Below are positions 62,959 through 64,000 of a stretch of DNA of 64,000 nucleotides, in pieces (the stretch's first letter is position 1; every line of letters starts with the position of its first letter). Location: positions 163,682,001-163,746,000 of the forward strand of contig NC_058368.1 in the NCBI RefSeq assembly GCF_018350175.1, in the 5' to 3' direction. The position numbers and the translations under genes are program-made. Under the pieces are notes generated by a model, which saw only the letters and a list, made by a program, of their open reading frames with translations, was not told the origin of the DNA and searched no databases. The DNA comes from Felis catus. Taxonomy: Eukaryota.

Positions 62959-64000
62959 AACAAAGTTTAATTCTCCCTGGGTGTTGCACTGGGAGGGCAC
63001 CCAACACAGTGGAAAATCTTCAGTTTATTTTATTCTCTTTTATGTCCTTGCTGAATAGGAAAATCAGTGCTGAAGTTTCAAAAATATGCATCCTGGAATT
63101 GATTAGAGCATATTTTTGACTGATGGGAAAGTTCACTTGACAAAATTGTTTTGAATCCTACATCAAATCTGATGCTATTAAGTTGTTAATTTTGACAATA
63201 GAATTCTTTCTATATTTTAATTAAAACAAATGTTCTGAAAAGGTTGAAAGAACTTCTTGAAGAATTTCTTGTAATAATAATAGAAAATAAAGTACTGAAT
63301 AAAATATCACAAAATATATCATTGGCTGAGTAGGATTAGTATACTTTTCAGCTCACTTACGTTATTTAGAAAACAAAGTGAGAAATGATAGTGGGCCAAC
63401 AGTGTCTATAAAAGCAGACTTAAGATAATAATCTGATTGGAAGAAAGGGCTAGAGTTGGTTTTTGAAGTTACATTTGCATGGGAAGCCCAGTGGTTTTAA
63501 CCCATGCTTATCAGGGATGACTTTGATTATGATGAAGGTATGTGGCTTCCCTTAAAGCTGCATTTGCATAGCAAGCCAATGTCATTAACTACTGGTATGC
63601 CTATTGGGAGCTTTAAGTGTATTGATAGAGGCAGTTGTGGGTCTGCAATTCCTTTTTGCCACCAGTGTAGATAAATTCTGCCCAAGATATATTTAGGGCT
63701 TCTGTTTTAAGTTTAATTTGTTTCAAACATAGTGTTAAGATTAGACATGTGAAGAATTCCAATGTTGCCAATTTCACTCACCACTAATTCCTAGACTTGG
63801 AATGATTTTTCTCTTTGCAGAAACAAGGTGTTTGAAAAAGTACTTGAGAATTGCAAATGTGTTATCAGAGTTGTGCACGTGCTGTGATTTCTTTCCTAAG
63901 ACACGATGTGTTTTCAGGATCTGTGATGTTTGCTCACTTTAAGCTTGGATGCTTAAATAAGGATTTTCTAACTCTGTGGTGAAGAGACAGTCCAATTATA

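Noticed and set aside
1..64000. CRISPR array, prokaryotic operon or defence system, CpG-island promoter, or host-gene strand inferred from L1 orientation
   Set aside because: Mammalian CpG-depleted DNA with no spaced repeat array and no CpG island; L1s occur on both strands, so orientation is uninformative.

Overview
This is repeat-rich mammalian intergenic or intronic DNA, almost certainly from a felid: it carries about 28 carnivore tRNA-Lys-derived CAN-SINEs, including young feline-type copies, and felid-type L1 3' ends. I find no supportable intact protein-coding gene, RNA gene or CRISPR array. The longer ORFs that I can assign are decayed L1 ORF2/ORF1 pieces or SINE/microsatellite artefacts. 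The window holds young 5'-truncated L1s, three long ancient L1 remnants, MaLR/ERVL solo LTRs, hAT MITEs, L2/MIR relics and microsatellites. Subfamily names are from memory of consensus sequences and boundaries of old repeats are approximate. The most notable structures are: (1) a 64-bp near-perfect inverted repeat of non-repeat-looking sequence around a SINE (61838-62281); (2) a TSD-flanked, polyadenylated, non-coding (probably 3'UTR-only) retrocopy with a nested L1 (50601-52425); (3) a SINE+L1 unit sharing one perfect 16-bp TSD (7526-9492); (4) a diverged ~150-bp direct duplication 1.2 kb apart (30826/32062); and (5) several small fold-back/template-switch footprints. I cannot support a novel multi-gene system here.
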